A DNA stretch of 64,000 bases, from assembly GCA_002269645.1 (NCBI GenBank), contig NIVC01000440.1:186001-250000 (forward strand), given 5' to 3'. The stretch comes from Macrostomum lignano (taxonomy: Eukaryota). The notes below the pieces were generated by a model that was not told where the DNA came from, ran no database searches, and saw only the letters and a list, made by a program, of their open reading frames with translations. The position numbers and the translations under genes are program-made. Numbering within the stretch: the stretch's first letter is position 1; each line of letters starts with the position of its first letter. This document shows, piece by piece, positions 21,485 to 38,259 of this stretch.

Positions 21485-21980
21485 TGTTAGACAAGTAGTG
21501 GATGGGATGTTAGACTAGATGGGGTGTTAGACTAGATGGGGTGTTAGACTAGATGGGGTGTTAGACTAGATGGGGTGTTAGACTAGATGGGGTGTTAGAC
21601 TAGATGGGGTGTTAGACTAGATGGGGTGTTAGACTAGATGGGGTGTTAGACTAGATGGGGTGTTAGACTAGATGGGGTGTTAGACTAGATGGGATGTTAG
21701 ACTAGATGGGGTGTTAGACTAGATGGGATGTTAGACTAGATGGGGTGTTAGACTAGATGGGGTGTTAGACTAGATGGGGTGTTAGACTAGATGGGGTGTT
21801 AGACTAGATGGGGTGTTAGACTAGATGGGGTGTTAGACTAGTACTGGATGGGGTGTTAGACAAGTACTGGATAGGGTGTTAGACAAGTACTGGATGCGGT
21901 GTTAGACAAGTACTGGATGGGGTGTTAGACAAGTACTGGATGAGGTGTTCGTCATTTACTGGATGAGGTGTTAGACTAGA
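21485..21980. repeat. 17-bp minisatellite (GACTAGATGGGGTGTTA)
   Basis: Direct reading; just upstream of the protocadherin acceptor at 21425. Confidence 0.95.
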
Positions 21981-22391
21981 TGAGTTGTTAGTCACTAGAG
22001 GAGAGCTGTTAGGGGGTAGCTGTGGTCCGGTTTTGTTTATCTGCATTGAAAATTCAGCATTCAACTGTCCCGAACAGGTTTACAGCAGTTTTCCCCAGTC
22101 CTGAGTCAGTTGCGGCAAACAAACTCTAACAAAAATCAGTGCTGCTGACCCAGCTGCAACCTCAACTGGTACTCAAGCGTCAATCTTGGTGCTAATTGAC
22201 TTCGGCCAACTGGTCAAACAGGTTAACTGCAAGGCCAGTGAGTTATCAAAAAGCGAAAGAATATTTAGAGGAACACCTGCTTAATTGGTGCAGTTTCCAT
22301 AGCAACGAAGCAACTTGTGACAGTTTAAATTTTTGTGTGTGTCTAATTAATTGACCACAACCGGAAGTGAGTTCTGGAGATCCCGTGAGTC

Positions 22392-22399
22392 TATAAAAG
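22392..22399 (+). promoter_or_regulatory. TATA box (TATAAAAG) of the ependymin-related gene; ETS-like CCGGAAGT at 22361
   Basis: Consensus TATAWAWR about 100 bp upstream of ATG 22496. Confidence 0.6.
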
Positions 22400-22495
22400 C
22401 AACGGGACCTCCGAGGCCCAAGAAGTCCAGCAATCCAGACCTGTCCTAATTGCTTCTTCTGATCCGCGCTGAAACTCAACTCCCAAAGCAACGCC

Positions 22496-23143
22496 ATGCT
22501 GCTCAAGCTCATCGCCCTGGCCGCCATGGCCCACGTGGCCCTTGCTGGTGACTGCTGCCTGCCCGACGCCTTCCAGTTCACCATGCTGAGCGAGACTCGC
22601 CACCAGCACATGGGCAACTCCGCCATCCGCTCTCGCGTCGTGATGGCCGCCAACCTCACCGAGGGCCGCGTCGGGGTGTTCACCAGCACCAACAATGGCT
22701 ACAACAGCGCCACGTACATCAACCTGCGCAGCGGCCGCGTGTTCGTCAACAGCGCCTACGGCTGCTCCTCAATGCCCATCAACAGCGGCATCCTGGCCCA
22801 CGTGAACCGCTCCCGCTGCCTGCCCGACGACATCGGCTCCGGCGAGAGCATCAGCATCCGCCTTGGGGAGGACCTGAACGCCCGCCTGTTCACCACGCAG
22901 ATGCCTGGCAACACCACCATGAACGTACTGATTGACGACAAGTGCCATCCGATCCTGGTGAAGGTTGGCGGTCCCGGCTTTGACAGCACCAGCATCCTTG
23001 GCGACTTCCTGCCCGCCCCGCAGCCGGGCCTCCTGGACCCGCCAGCTGCCTGCAGCAACAGCAGCAGCACCACCCGGGCTGTCAACAAGAAGCGCAGCGC
23101 CGCCGTGACCCTGACCTACAACCACAGCCCAATGTTCGTGTAA
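22496..23143 (+). CDS. Ependymin-related (EPDR-family) secreted glycoprotein, intronless, 215 aa
   Basis: Signal peptide; family-like Cys/Pro pattern CCLP..F, GC, RCLP, CHP, LDPPAAC; several NxS/T sites; strongly GC3-biased codons. Confidence 0.75.
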   Translation: MLLKLIALAAMAHVALAGDCCLPDAFQFTMLSETRHQHMGNSAIRSRVVMAANLTEGRVGVFTSTNNGYNSATYINLRSGRVFVNSAYGCSSMPINSGILAHVNRSRCLPDDIGSGESISIRLGEDLNARLFTTQMPGNTTMNVLIDDKCHPILVKVGGPGFDSTSILGDFLPAPQPGLLDPPAACSNSSSTTRAVNKKRSAAVTLTYNHSPMFV

Positions 23144-23309
23144 AACCCAGCGGTGACAAATTAATTACCTGGTGATGGATCCCACTGATTACTAACTCCA
23201 AATTCAAAGAGCTGACATTCAAATAGAAACTATTTGAGTTGCTTCTGCATCTTAAAAAACTGTTTTCACCGACTTGTTTTCTTTTTCTTTTTATTTAAAT
23301 CTGATGCAC

Positions 23310-24810
23310 AAATGGGCGCCACTCTGACACAAATGGGCGCCGCTCTGACACAAATGGGCGCCACTCTGACACAAATAAGCACCAGTCTCATACAAATGGA
23401 CACCAGTCTGACTCAAATGGACACCAGTCTGACACAAATGGGCGCCACTCTGACACAAATGGGCGCCACTCTGACACAAATGGGCGCCACTCTGACACAA
23501 ATGGGCGCCAGTCTGACACCCTGAAATAAGCGCCACCCTGACAACGAAATAATCGCCAGTGTGACAACTTAAAATAGGCGCCATTTAGAAACTTTAAAAT
23601 AGGCGCCATTCAGAAATTTTAAAATAGTCGCCACATTCTGACACTTTGAAATAGGCTCCACATTCTGACACTTTGAAATAGGCGCCACATTCTGACACTT
23701 TGAAATAGGCGCCACATTCTGACACTTTGAAATAGGCGCCACATTCTGACACTTTGAAATAGGCGCCACATTCTGACACTTTGATATAGGCGCCACATTC
23801 TGACACTTTGAAATAGGCGCCACATTCTGACACTTTGAAATAGGCGCCACATTCTGACACTTTGAAATAGGCGCCACATTCTGACACTTTGAAATAGGCG
23901 CCACATTCTGACACTTTGATATAGGCGCCACATTCTGACACTTTGAAATAGGCGCCACATTCTGACACTTTTATATAGGCGCCACATTCTGACACTTTGA
24001 AATAGGCGCCACATTCTGACACTTTGAAATAGGCGCCACATTCTGACACTTTGATATAGGCGCCACATTCTGACACTTTGAAATAGGCGCCACATTCTGA
24101 CACTTTGAAATAGGCGCCACATTCTGACACTTTGAAATAGGCGCCACATTCTGACACTTTGAAATAGGCGCCACATTCTGACACTTTGATATAGGCGCCA
24201 CATTCTGACACTTTGAAATAGGCGCCACATTCTGACACTTTAAAATAGGCGCCACATTCTGACACTTTAAAATAGGCGCCACATTCTGACACTTTGATAT
24301 AGGCGCCACATTCTGACACTTTGAAATAGGCGCCACATTCTGACACTTTAAAATAGGCGCCACATTCTGACACTTTGAAATAGGCGCCACATTCTGACAC
24401 TTTGATATAGGCGCCACATTCTGACACTTTGAAATAGGCGCCACATTCTGACACTTTAAAATAGGCGCCACATTCTGACACTTTGAAATAGGCGCCACAT
24501 TCTGACACTTTGATATAGGCGCCACATTCTGACACTTTGATATAGGCGCCACTCTGACAGCCTGAAATAGGCGCCACATTCTGACACTTTGATATAGGCG
24601 CCACATTCTGACACTTTGATATAGGCGCCACTCTGACAGCTTGAAATAGGCGCCACTCTGACAGCCTGAAACAGGCGCCACTCAGACAGCCTGAAACAGG
24701 CGCCACTCTGACAGCTTGAAATAGGCGCCACCCTGACAGCTTGAAATAGGCGCCACCCTGACAATAAAATCGGCGCTATTCTGATACCTTGAAATGGGCG
24801 CCACTCTGAC
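23310..24810. repeat. GGCGCC/CTGACAC minisatellite complex (21-bp then 27-bp units)
   Basis: Units GGCGCCACTCTGACACAAATG and GGCGCCACATTCTGACACTTTGAAATA. Confidence 0.95.
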
Positions 24811-25586
24811 AGCTTGTGAATTGTGCTAAGCACAACTAAAACCATTGCTTATAAATATACGAGTATTATGGTAGGTGTTCAAATATTCGTAATTTCGGTA
24901 AAGTGACTCCACTTGGACACATGGCTTCATTAAATGAGTGAATCATATTCAAAAGACACTCATCTAATTGTTAGATCACTGATTATAGAGACATCTTAGC
25001 CTAAAATAATTACCCGAAGTTGAGAACGGTAATTGACTGCCCCAGACAGAACAGATAGCTGACAAGTCATGAGCAGGCATAGCAATTAGCACCTGGAAAC
25101 CGTGACAATTAACTCTTATCACAGCTATTAGCGCCGCGGGAGGGACCTGAGAATACAAAAGACTTCGCGGAGGTCCTCTCTATATTTAGCTATGGTGTTG
25201 TGATGCAATGGCTCCAGTGCTGCTCAGAGACAGGAGCTCATGTCAGCCATTGCTTCATCCACCCAGTCCAGCCTCTCCATTGGGTCAAGACGCAGACATT
25301 TCGCATGCCGTGAACTCGATTTGCGTTATCAGATTTTATCTGGAGCTGAGCCAGCCCTTGAAACCCATGCAGATTAGATTAGATTACTATACTGCTGTGG
25401 CGTGGGACTGGGTCTAATAGATTGGCTTTAATCCGGGGGATGGCGGGGATGGAGATGAGATTGCTGCTGCTTGAAAATAAAGTCTAAAACATGCAGTTCG
25501 ATACTTCTGTAATGCTTAGCTCCGTTCTCAATAATATTGATTTTGCGTTCCGGACTCAATTGAGTCCCCTTGACTTTGTCGCTTAA

Positions 25587-26496
<910 letters not shown>

Positions 26497-27214
26497 CACA
26501 GGCGCAGCCCAGGTGAGAGATGATGGATAGTCAGCTCCGTGACAAGCAGCTTCTGCTTTTATTAAAAAGAGCCGCAGGAGGCGGGTAGCATTTGGCAGTC
26601 AGAAACAGCTGCTGGGATTTTCTGTGGCCTAAAATCCTGGGCAGGGGCCTGGGTTGGCAGATGTTGCAGATTCTGGAGGAGAAAAGAAGACAGAGGCCCG
26701 GGTTTATCCAGTTCGGCAAGCGGAAAAGTGGACTGAAGACGGCAAAACCCTGGCAGCTTTTCTTGGAAATGAATTGTCTTAAAAGAAAAGCAATTTTTTC
26801 AGACAGAATCAGCTTGAAACCGTCTTCAAATGAAGATGTTTTTCCATTTGCTTTCGGGTGTCTCAGTCGACTTTTTCCGGGGCATTTCATTCAATCAGAC
26901 ATTTATATAGCTGAGCGAGAATTCAGACCTGCCGCCGAGGGAGGGCGGGGATTAGTGTCTTTTATGGTAGGCTTAAACTACAAGCGGCTTGAATTCTCTT
27001 TGCGAAAGGAAAGCTGAACTGATTTTCCCTGAGCTGTGTCCGCTTTTTTTGTTGAGTTCATCCAAAAAGATAGATTCATAGAGAGGCCTTCTAATGCGGC
27101 TTTTGTCCACGGCTGAAAGGGAAATGAAAAAATGATTCTTTGCTAGTTATGCGAGACTCAGATGCAGTCAGTAACCTGCGGACGGCTGAGCGGTTTGACA
27201 AAAAGGTAGACAAT

Positions 27215-27922
27215 GAGAGAGAGACAGTAGAGGTGAGATTGAGAGACAGTAGAGGTGAGATTGAGAGACAGTAGAGGTGAGATTGAGAGACAGTAGAGGT
27301 GAGAATGAGAGACAGTAGAGGTGAGAGTGACAGACAGTAGAGGTGAGAGTGAGAGACAGTAGAGGTGAGATTGAGAGACAGTAGAGGTGAGATTGAGAGA
27401 CAGTAGAGGTGAGATTGAGAGACAGTAGAGGTGAGATTGAGAGACAGTAGAGGTGAGATTGAGAGACAGTAGAGGTGAGATTGAGAGACAGTAGAGGTGA
27501 GATTGAGAGACAGTAGAGGTGAGATTGAGAGACAGTAGAGGTGAGATTGAGAGACAGTAGAGGTGAGATTGAGAGACAGTAGAGGTGAGATTGAGAGACA
27601 GTAGAGGTGGGATTGAGAGACAGTAGAGGTGAGAATGAGAGACAGTAGAGGTGAGATTGAGAGACAGTAGAGGTGAGAATGAGAGACAGTAGAGGTGAGA
27701 GTGACAGACAGTAGAGGTGAGAGTGAGAGACAGTAGAGGTGAGATTGAGAGACAGTAGAGGTGAGAATGAGAGACAGTAGAGGTGAGATTGAGAGACAGT
27801 AGAGGTGAGATTGAGAGACAGTAGAGGTGAGATTGAGAGACAGTAGAGGTGAGATTGAGAGACAGTAGAGGTGAGATTGAGAGACAGTAGAGGTGAGATT
27901 GAGAGACAGTAGAGGTGAGAGC
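27215..27922. repeat. 22-bp minisatellite (GAGAGACAGTAGAGGTGAGATT)
   Basis: Direct reading. Confidence 0.95.
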
Positions 27923-28447
27923 GATACACAGGTGAGAGAAAGAGAGACGGAGGAGAACCAGGAGCGATGGAGACTGCAGAAGAGCTGGAGCAATGCGATC
28001 GGAACAGGACAGCATCAGTGAGAAGGGCGCGCACAATTGATGGATGGGCAGGCCATGGCCAGAGGCTTCAAGCACGCAGGACTGGCTGGTGACTGACACG
28101 GGGAATTCCTGGCACAGTTGGGGATGCCATTCTTAAAAGCCCAATTGACTGGCTTGAACGGGGGCGGAGCGGCGGTCTGACGATCCCTTTCATGGGATAT
28201 TTTTCCCAGCTAGACCCTCCGACAAAGCGGCTACGGGACCCGTGTCCCTCATAATTCTACCCCAGCCTCTAACTTCATATATGAATGCTTCAAAATCCTA
28301 GCTGCTTAACTCTTCTGGGCAGTGCTGCAATGCCGAAATGCCATCTTGAAGGGGTTGGCATCTGATGCACCGAAGTTCTATTATAGATCGAGTTCAGATT
28401 CTATGAAATTTATTCTTCTCAGGGACTAAAGATATCAATAAATTTTC

Positions 28448-29402
28448 TATTTACTCACTTTCTATTTACTCACTTTCCATTTACTCACTTTCCATTTACT
28501 CACTTTCCATTTACTCACTTTCCATTTACTCACTTTCTGTTCACTCGCTTTCCATTTACTCACTTTCCATTTACTCACTTTCTATTTACTCACTTTCCAT
28601 TTACTCACTTTCCATTTACTCACTTTCCATTTACTCACTTTCTGTTCACTCGCTTTCCATTTACTCACTTTCCATTTACTCACTTTCTATTTACTCACTT
28701 TCCATTTACTCACTTTCCATTTACTCACTTTCCATTTACTCACTTTCTGTTCACTCACTTTCCATTTACTCACTTTCCATTTACTCACTTTCCATTTACT
28801 CACTTTCTATTTACTCACTTTCCATTTACTCACTTTCCATTTACTCACTTTCCATTTACTCACTTTCCATTTACTCACTTTCTATTTACTCACTTTCTAT
28901 TTACTCACTTTCCATTTACTCACTTTCCATTTACTCACTTTCCATTTACTCACTTTCCATTTACTCACTTTCCATTTACTCACTTTCTGTTCACTCACTT
29001 TCCATTTACTCACTTTCCATTTACTCACTTTCCATTTACTCACTTTCTATTTACTCACTTTCCATTTACTCACTTTCCATTTACTCACTTTCTGTTCACT
29101 CACTTTCTGTTCACTCACTTTCTGCTCACTCACTTTCTGTTCACTCACTTTCTGATCAGTCACTTTCTGATCACTCACTCTCTGATCACTCTGGTCACTC
29201 CATCCCTGATCACTCTGGTCACTCCATCCCTGATCACTCTGGTCACTCCATCCCTGATCACTCTGGTCACTCCATCTCTGATCACTCTGGTCACTCCATC
29301 TCTGATCACTCTGGTCACTCCATCTCTGATCACTCTGGTCACTCCATCTCTGATCACTCTGGTCACTCCATCTCTGATCACTCTGGTCACTCTATCCCTG
29401 AT
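28448..29402. repeat. 15-bp array (CACTTTCCATTTACT) grading into a 24-bp array (TGATCACTCTGGTCACTCCATCTC)
   Basis: Direct reading. Confidence 0.93.
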
Positions 29403-30369
29403 CAAAAGTTCACCCAACTGGAGTCTTCTGAGGCTGGCAATGCAGCTCATAAAAGCATGCTATCTGATAGTACATGATTTTATGCATCAATGCTAAAGTT
29501 CGACAGCAAATGACCTCTGTCTACATGACCCATGCAAGCATTTCCTTGATTAGTTTTTAATCTCAAAGGCCAAAGTCCAACCCCCGTGTCGAGTCCTTGT
29601 ACTTTCAACGGCAGTCAGCCGAAAATCCCCGAAATGCACGGCTGGAATCATTTTATCCGCGAATTCACATCAGACAAATTCCCAGTCAGATTAGCAGTGA
29701 CAGGCAGGGGGACTGAATGTGACAGGTGAGGTTTAGCTGTGGACTGACTGTCAACGAGACTCAACTAAAAGTCGGTACACTTGGCTTACCTGTTAGGGGT
29801 AGATCTCAACTTGGGCGACATTTTTGTTACAAAATAGAATTTTAAACTTTTACGAGCAAGTTACGAGCAAGCTACCTCATATCAAGCTAAATTTTCAGTT
29901 CTTTAGTGACAGACTTAGATTTGTATAAATTTTTAGTATATTGACTAGCAATCAGCGCCCCCCGTTGGGGATGCCAACAAAGAATGGAATACTATTTTTT
30001 GAATAAACTACATGTATAGCTTCTGATCTCAACTGTCCAGACGCGTGTAAATGTGCGTGCATGTGTGCAGCTTTTCTGGCATTCGATCTTGTTTATCCCA
30101 ATCCCTTTTTACCCTCGTCTTATACACGCAAGCATACGGGCTACAGCAGCGTTATGGGAATTTTTTCCGTAAGAATCGCTCCCTTCCTACAACCGTTCCC
30201 CACCCCAGCATAACAGTTGTTGTCGGCTTGTATTTCATGTACAGTTTGCATATCCTACAGTATTGGGCAACCGGAAGTAAGTTAAAGGTTTGTGTCTGTG
30301 CGGACGTAAAAACACTCGTGTGGTTGCAGAGCACCTTAAAAATATGTGTTCTCTTTGTGGCAAGGCAGC

Positions 30370-31370
30370 TGACAGAGAGGGAGGAAATGGAGGGGAGAGT
30401 GACAGAGAGAGATGGGGGGAGAGTGACAGAGAGAGATGGAGGGGAGAGTGACAGAGAGAGATAGAGGGGAGAGTGACAGAGAGAGACGGAGGGGAGAGTG
30501 ACAGAGAGAGATGAAGGGGAGAGTGACAGAGAGAGATGGAGGGGAGAGTGTCAGAGAGAGATAGAGGGGAGAGTGACAGAGAGAGACGGAGGGGAGAGTG
30601 ACAGAGAGAGATGAAGGGGAGAGTGACAGAGAGAGATGGAGGGGAGAGTGACAGAGAGAGATGGATGGGAGAGTGACAGACAGAGATGGAGGGGAGAGTG
30701 ACAGAGAGAGATGGATGGGAGAGTGACAGACAGAGATGGAGGGGAGAGTGACAGAGAGAGATGGATGGGAGAGTGACAGACAGAGATGGAGGGGAGAGTG
30801 ACAGAGAGAGATGGATGGGAGAGTGACAGACAGAGATGGAGGGGAGAGTGACAGAGAGAGATGGATGGGAGAGTGACAGACAGAGATGGAGGGGAGAGTG
30901 ACAGACAGAGATGGAGGGGAGAGTGACAGAGAGAGATGGAGGGGAGAGTGACAGAGAGAGACGGAGGGGAAAGTGACAGACAGAGAGAGACGGAGGAGAG
31001 AGTGACAGAGAGAGATGGATGGGAGAGTGACAGAGAGAGATGGAGGGGAGAGTGACAGAGAGAGATGGAGGGGAGAGTGACAGAGAGAGACGGAGGGGAA
31101 AGTGACAGAGAGGTTGAGAGATGAAGGGGAGAGTGACAGACAGAGAGAGACGGAGGGGAGAGTGACAGACAGAGATGAAGGGGAGAGTGACAGAGAGAGA
31201 TTGAGGGGAGAGTGACAGAGAGAGATGGAGGGGAGAGTGACAGAGAGAGACGGAGGGGAAAGTGACAGAGAGGTTGAGAGATGAAGGGGAGAGTGACAGA
31301 CAGAGAGAGACGGAGGGGAGAGTGACAGAGAGAGATGGAGGGGAGAGTGACAGACAGAGATGGAGGGTCA
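30370..31370. repeat. ~25-bp purine-rich minisatellite (GAGAGATGGAGGGGAGAGTGACAGA)
   Basis: Direct reading. Confidence 0.93.
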
Positions 31371-33218
31371 GCTGCCGTGAGTGGCGCGCATACCAGATGC
31401 TTTATTCAGCAACACTGACAGGGTGAATTTCGCACTTAAACGGCTAGGAAAATATCCAGCAAAATTTACAACCAAGCTGTCTTCAATTTCTGCTCCTAGA
31501 GGCAATTAGACCGCTAGCTAACATGCGGCAATAAAAACCTTTAGAGAATGCTTCGGGAGGCTGCATACGAGCGTACAGAATTGAAGATAGAAAATTCAAG
31601 ATCGATCTACATCAAGGAAGCTATAAGTTGAAAAAAGCAATGCTTTTCACCAGAAGTGGACCAGTGGACCTCTTGTGTAGTCAAGTGGGACTGGGCTGGC
31701 TCGAAGATACTGACGGAGCTTTAAAAAATTCTAGAAATAATTCTGCAAACACTCCGGTTAGGGGGTTTCCTACGCAAGGATTCTGTGTTGATGTCGAACA
31801 TTTTATTCTGCAAAACAGAATTTGCCTGTTTTTTTTATCGGGTGCCGGCGGTATTGACTTGGCTGCGTAAGAGTTGCTGGGGAAAAATCGATTTGACTGG
31901 TTCGAGTCCTGACCTCGCTGGCCTTTGACCTCTGACTACTCGATCGGTTTTGACGATGTGGATTGTCTCATTGCATTGAGTTGCTTTTTCATTAGGGTAG
32001 GTTTAAAGATTTTCGAATCGGGAAGGTACAAATGAAAGGTGAACAGGGCATGGCGTTGTGGAAATGGGGTGTGGGATACTCAATATGGAGTATGGGATAT
32101 GGGGTATGGGGTATAAGGTATGGGGTATGGGGTATGGGGTATGGGATACTCAATATGAGGTATGGGAAATGGGGTGTGGGATACTCAATATGGAGTATGG
32201 GATATGGGGTATGGGGTATGGGGTATGGGATACTCAATATGGAGTATGGGATATGGGTATAGATACGGGATATGGGAAAAGGAACATACGAGCTATGAGA
32301 TGAAGCATGCCACACAGGAAACGAGAGAAAGAGGCAAACTTAAAAGACTTTTTTTAGTGACTTCAGCCTTTTCCTGGGTTTATTACGATACTCAATTAGC
32401 ACACATTCAGTCGGCAGCAGCTTCTTGTCCAGCGGACTGGGGTTGGGGCGTCGGGCAAAGTGCAGTTTAAAGGCCGAAGGCGGTTTTCCATTTAAAGGAT
32501 TTCTCCCTGTCCAGCTTAGCAACCAAACTTGCGCTGCCGCCCCCCCACCCCTAGAGGCGAAGAGAAAAAAATGGGGTCCCTAACGAGGTCGACGCGTCAC
32601 TGCATGCAGCAAATCCGCACGGCGCAAGAAAGCGGCGCTTCCGACATTGAGATGGATGGATGGATTGGATTCTCCTCTTTCGCTGTGGGAGTTTTGCTGT
32701 CTGTAACTGGTATAGTGCGGGGAAATGGGGGGAGCGCTGCCCACTGCTTTGCTTGTTGCAGAAATTCGGTCTGATCAAGGCAATCAACAACTGATTCGCG
32801 CCATTTGAGCCGCTCCCAGCTCAGAGCTCACGCGGCGAAGTGCAGAAGGCTGCGCGCCAGAAATCCCCTGTTGCAAAAGAGAGGGACAGGCAGACAGACA
32901 GATGCAGGGAGCAGTTGCTGGGAGTTTGTTAGCGCGAACCTTTGCTAGGACGGAACTGCTGGTGGTGGGATTCCGCTGGAGACAAGTGTGATGCGGGGGA
33001 TTAACGAGTGGGGGCTTGCTGGGGAATGAAAGACTCGATCTAACAAGGAGCCTGGAGTTTGGGATTTTGGGCAAATTCGGTTTGTAGTTTCGAGTGGGAT
33101 CGCGCGAGCTGATCCGAATAGGGACAACAGATTGAGGCTGAGGGCTGGTGGGCTCCGGGGATACTGCTGGCCCGATTCTGTCTAAATAGAAACTCTGGTA
33201 AATTGATGCATTGATAAT

Positions 33219-35012
<1,794 letters not shown>

Positions 35013-35679
35013 CGCGCAGAGACCCGTAGCTGTCAGAAAAAGTACACCGCACAATATCCACAGCCATTCTGATAAAAACTGGAAGAATTGCCTGCGGAGG
35101 TGCCACAGGAACGAATGCAATTTTTGGCGTGTGCAGGGGGGGGGCAATCGGCACGGATCCCACAGTCGCAACAGATGCCCGAATTCGAATGATCGCTTAT
35201 CTCCGCCGCATGCATGGATTCTGGATTCGGTAGCCGAGCCCCCCCCCGCCCCCGCTTAGGCTTGTATTCCCTTAAAGTCGCAGGCACAGGGCCGGCCTGT
35301 TGTATCTCTTGACTGGGCGCCCGCCGGATTCCTTACCCGCGATATCCCAAGGATAGCTGGATGAAAACGGGGTTCCAGTCTCCCCCCCCCCCAAGAAGCA
35401 GCAACATTCCGTATAAAATTGCTGCCAGTCCAGGGAACCAATAAAACCTCTCTAGCCCGAGGTGTTGCAGCACGGGAAAGGTGTGTTCGCACTTCTTCAA
35501 CTTTTCCCTCTCCCCACTGCTTGGCATTGTGAAGTAGAATAACCTGGTGTGCGGTGGCTGGGCGGATGGACCGTAATTGTACCGAGCGCTGCTGGGTGTT
35601 CGATCCATCCGCTTTTTGTTCAATAGGGGAGAATTGCCTGCCCACTGATTTCTTTCATTTCTACTTTTTCTCAATCTAG

Positions 35680-36240
35680 CTCGCCTCTCTTTACCCTCTC
35701 TCACCTATCTTTACCCTCTCTCGCCTCTCTTTACCCTCTCTCGCTTCTCTTTACCCTCTCTCGCCTCTCTCTACCCTCTCTCACCTCTCTTTATCCTCTC
35801 TCACCTCTCTTTACCCTCTCTCCCTCTCTTTACCCTCTCTCCCTCTCTTTACCCTCTCTCCCTCTCTTTACCCTCTCTCACCTATCTTTACCCTCTCTCC
35901 CTCTCTTTACCCTCTCTCCCTCTCTTTACCCTCTCTCGCCTCTCTCTACCCTCTCTCGCCTCTCTTTACCCTCTCTCACCTCTCTCTACCCTCTCTCACC
36001 TCTCTCTACCCTCTCTTACTTCTCTTTACCCTCTCTCACCTATCTTTACCCTCTCTCACCTCTCTCTACCCTCTCTTACCTCTCTTTACCCTCTCTCACC
36101 TCTCTTTACCCCCTCTCACCTCTCTTTACCCTCTCTTCCCACTCCTTACCCTTTCTCCCCTCGCTTTACCCTCTCTCAGACTCAAGAAGGAGTCTGTACT
36201 CCCTCTCAACCCTCTCGCCCTCTTTACCCTCTCTCACCCC
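35680..36240. repeat. ~20-bp pyrimidine-rich minisatellite (CTCTCTTTACCCTCTCTCAC)
   Basis: Direct reading. Confidence 0.9.
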
Positions 36241-37214
36241 TCATTGCATTCTCTTACCTTTTTTGCCTATCACATTACCGTCAACCCTCTTGTCTATACT
36301 GCGTTTACCCGTATCCCGCACGATTTACAAGAGAAATAGTAAAAATTAACTTATAAATCATAAATCAGGTTCTAACATAGAATTTTACCCTAAGAGTGGA
36401 CTGTCTCAGGCTATGCAGGTTTTGTAAAGTTAACAGCGAATTCGAACTGATGCAGGAAGACTCGAAACGGATGAATTCGATATATGTAGCTATAGCTAGT
36501 GGTCATTAATTTACAAGGTCAGTCAGTGCCTGTGTGTCAGTCACCGATGGGGCAGGCACAAGCTATTCCCAGCTATACAGCTCCATCTTCCCTCATCCAA
36601 GTGGAAATTCCTTCGCTATAGTTGGATGCAGCTGAGACAGTGCTACTATTACAGTATTAGCAGACTTTGATTGTAACTTTTTAGCACCTGTGCGAGATGA
36701 CAGCCACTTTTCCATCTACTGGAATTGTTCCAGTTCAGAGAAAATTTAATTAAAAGGCTTTCAGTGATAGAACAGAAAACCGCTTGGATCAAGTGAGCTG
36801 ACTAGCACTGAAATAGATACGATATGACCCCAAACCCAATCTAGATGATGGAGAAGAGAGGCTGCGAACCGAAAGGTGAAAGTGAGCACACACGACTGCT
36901 CAGAGGTGGGAGGACTAAGAGGTAATTCGATGACATCAAGAGGCGGATCCTACAGTCCCTGCCCCTCCCCCAGAGTTTCCCCGTGCTCTTTCGGCTGATC
37001 CACGCGAAAGCAGGTGTCAAAGCTTTGGCCAGCTTACAGTTTAAATCCATTTAAAAATCTAGCGAGAGAGGCAGCGCACATGGCTCAGCTTCCTGCCCTC
37101 CACCATCGGCGCCACTAAGAGGGTGACGGGCACGTATAAAATCCTCGAACTAATCAGGTTTGCCGTGTATGAAAAATTGCACAATTACGGGTTGTCTTTC
37201 AGTGCTGACTTGAG

Positions 37215-37860
37215 TCAGTGTCAAGAGGCGCTCAATTTGAGTGTCAAGAGGCGCTCAATTTGAGTGTCAGGAGGCGCTCAATTTGAGTGTCAAGAGGCGC
37301 TCAATTTGAGTGTCTGGAGGCGCTCAATTTGAGTGTCTGGAGGCGCCCAATTTGAGTGTCAGGAGGCGCTCAATTTGAGTGTCAGGAGGCGCTCAATTTG
37401 AGTGTCAAGAGGCGCTCAATTTGAGTGTCAGGAGGCGCTCAATTTGAGTGTCAAGAGGCGCTCAATTTGAGTGTCTGGAGGCGCTCAATTTGAGTGTCTG
37501 GAGGCGCTCAATTTGAGTGTCAAGAGGCGCTCAATTTGAGTGTCAAGAGGCGCCCAATTTGAGTGTCAAGAGGCGCTCAATTTGAGTGTCAGGAGGCGCT
37601 CAATCAAGTTGAGTGTCAGGAGGCGCTCAATTTGAGTGTCAGGAGGCGCCTAATTTGAGTGTCTGGAGGCGCCCAATTTGAGTGTCAGGAGGCGCTCAAT
37701 TTGAGTGTCAGGAGGCACCCAAAATGTGAGTGTCAAGAGGCGCTCAATTTGAGTGTCAGGAGGCGCCCAATATGAGTGTCAGGAGGCGCTCAATTTGAGT
37801 GTCAGGAGGCGCTCATTGTGGGTGCCAAAAAGCGATGCAATCTAGTGTCAGGAGGCGCCA
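37215..37860. repeat. 23-bp minisatellite (GGCGCTCAATTTGAGTGTCAAGA) with an internal palindrome
   Basis: Direct reading; reverse-complement relative of the 23.3-24.8 kb array. Confidence 0.93.
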
Positions 37861-38259
37861 AAAGTTTGCATGTCAGTAGGAGTGCCAAGTTTGTAATAAA
37901 TATAATTTCTAATTCATGATCCATTGTCGCACAGCAACTAGTTTTAGTTACTCAGAGTATAAAAGACAAAAGACAAGAGTCAGGCGCCAGCCATGCGTTG
38001 ACTGTCAGAACAGCTCAACATCCATGATGAAGGATCGGGATTAGACATCAAAGAGATCTTACACAGGCAAGCCTAGGCTCCTTCCTATATAAAAAATGCT
38101 TTTTACTACAACATTTCTCTGTTAAACTTTCGCGTGAGGGAATCTGGTTGCGAAATTCTGCTGTACAGTACGAGCCAGACTGCATGCAAAAGGACATCGA
38201 TGTACTTGAAAAAGGGGCCTCATTATCATCACGTTGATCCACTTTATTCATTTTTTCCA

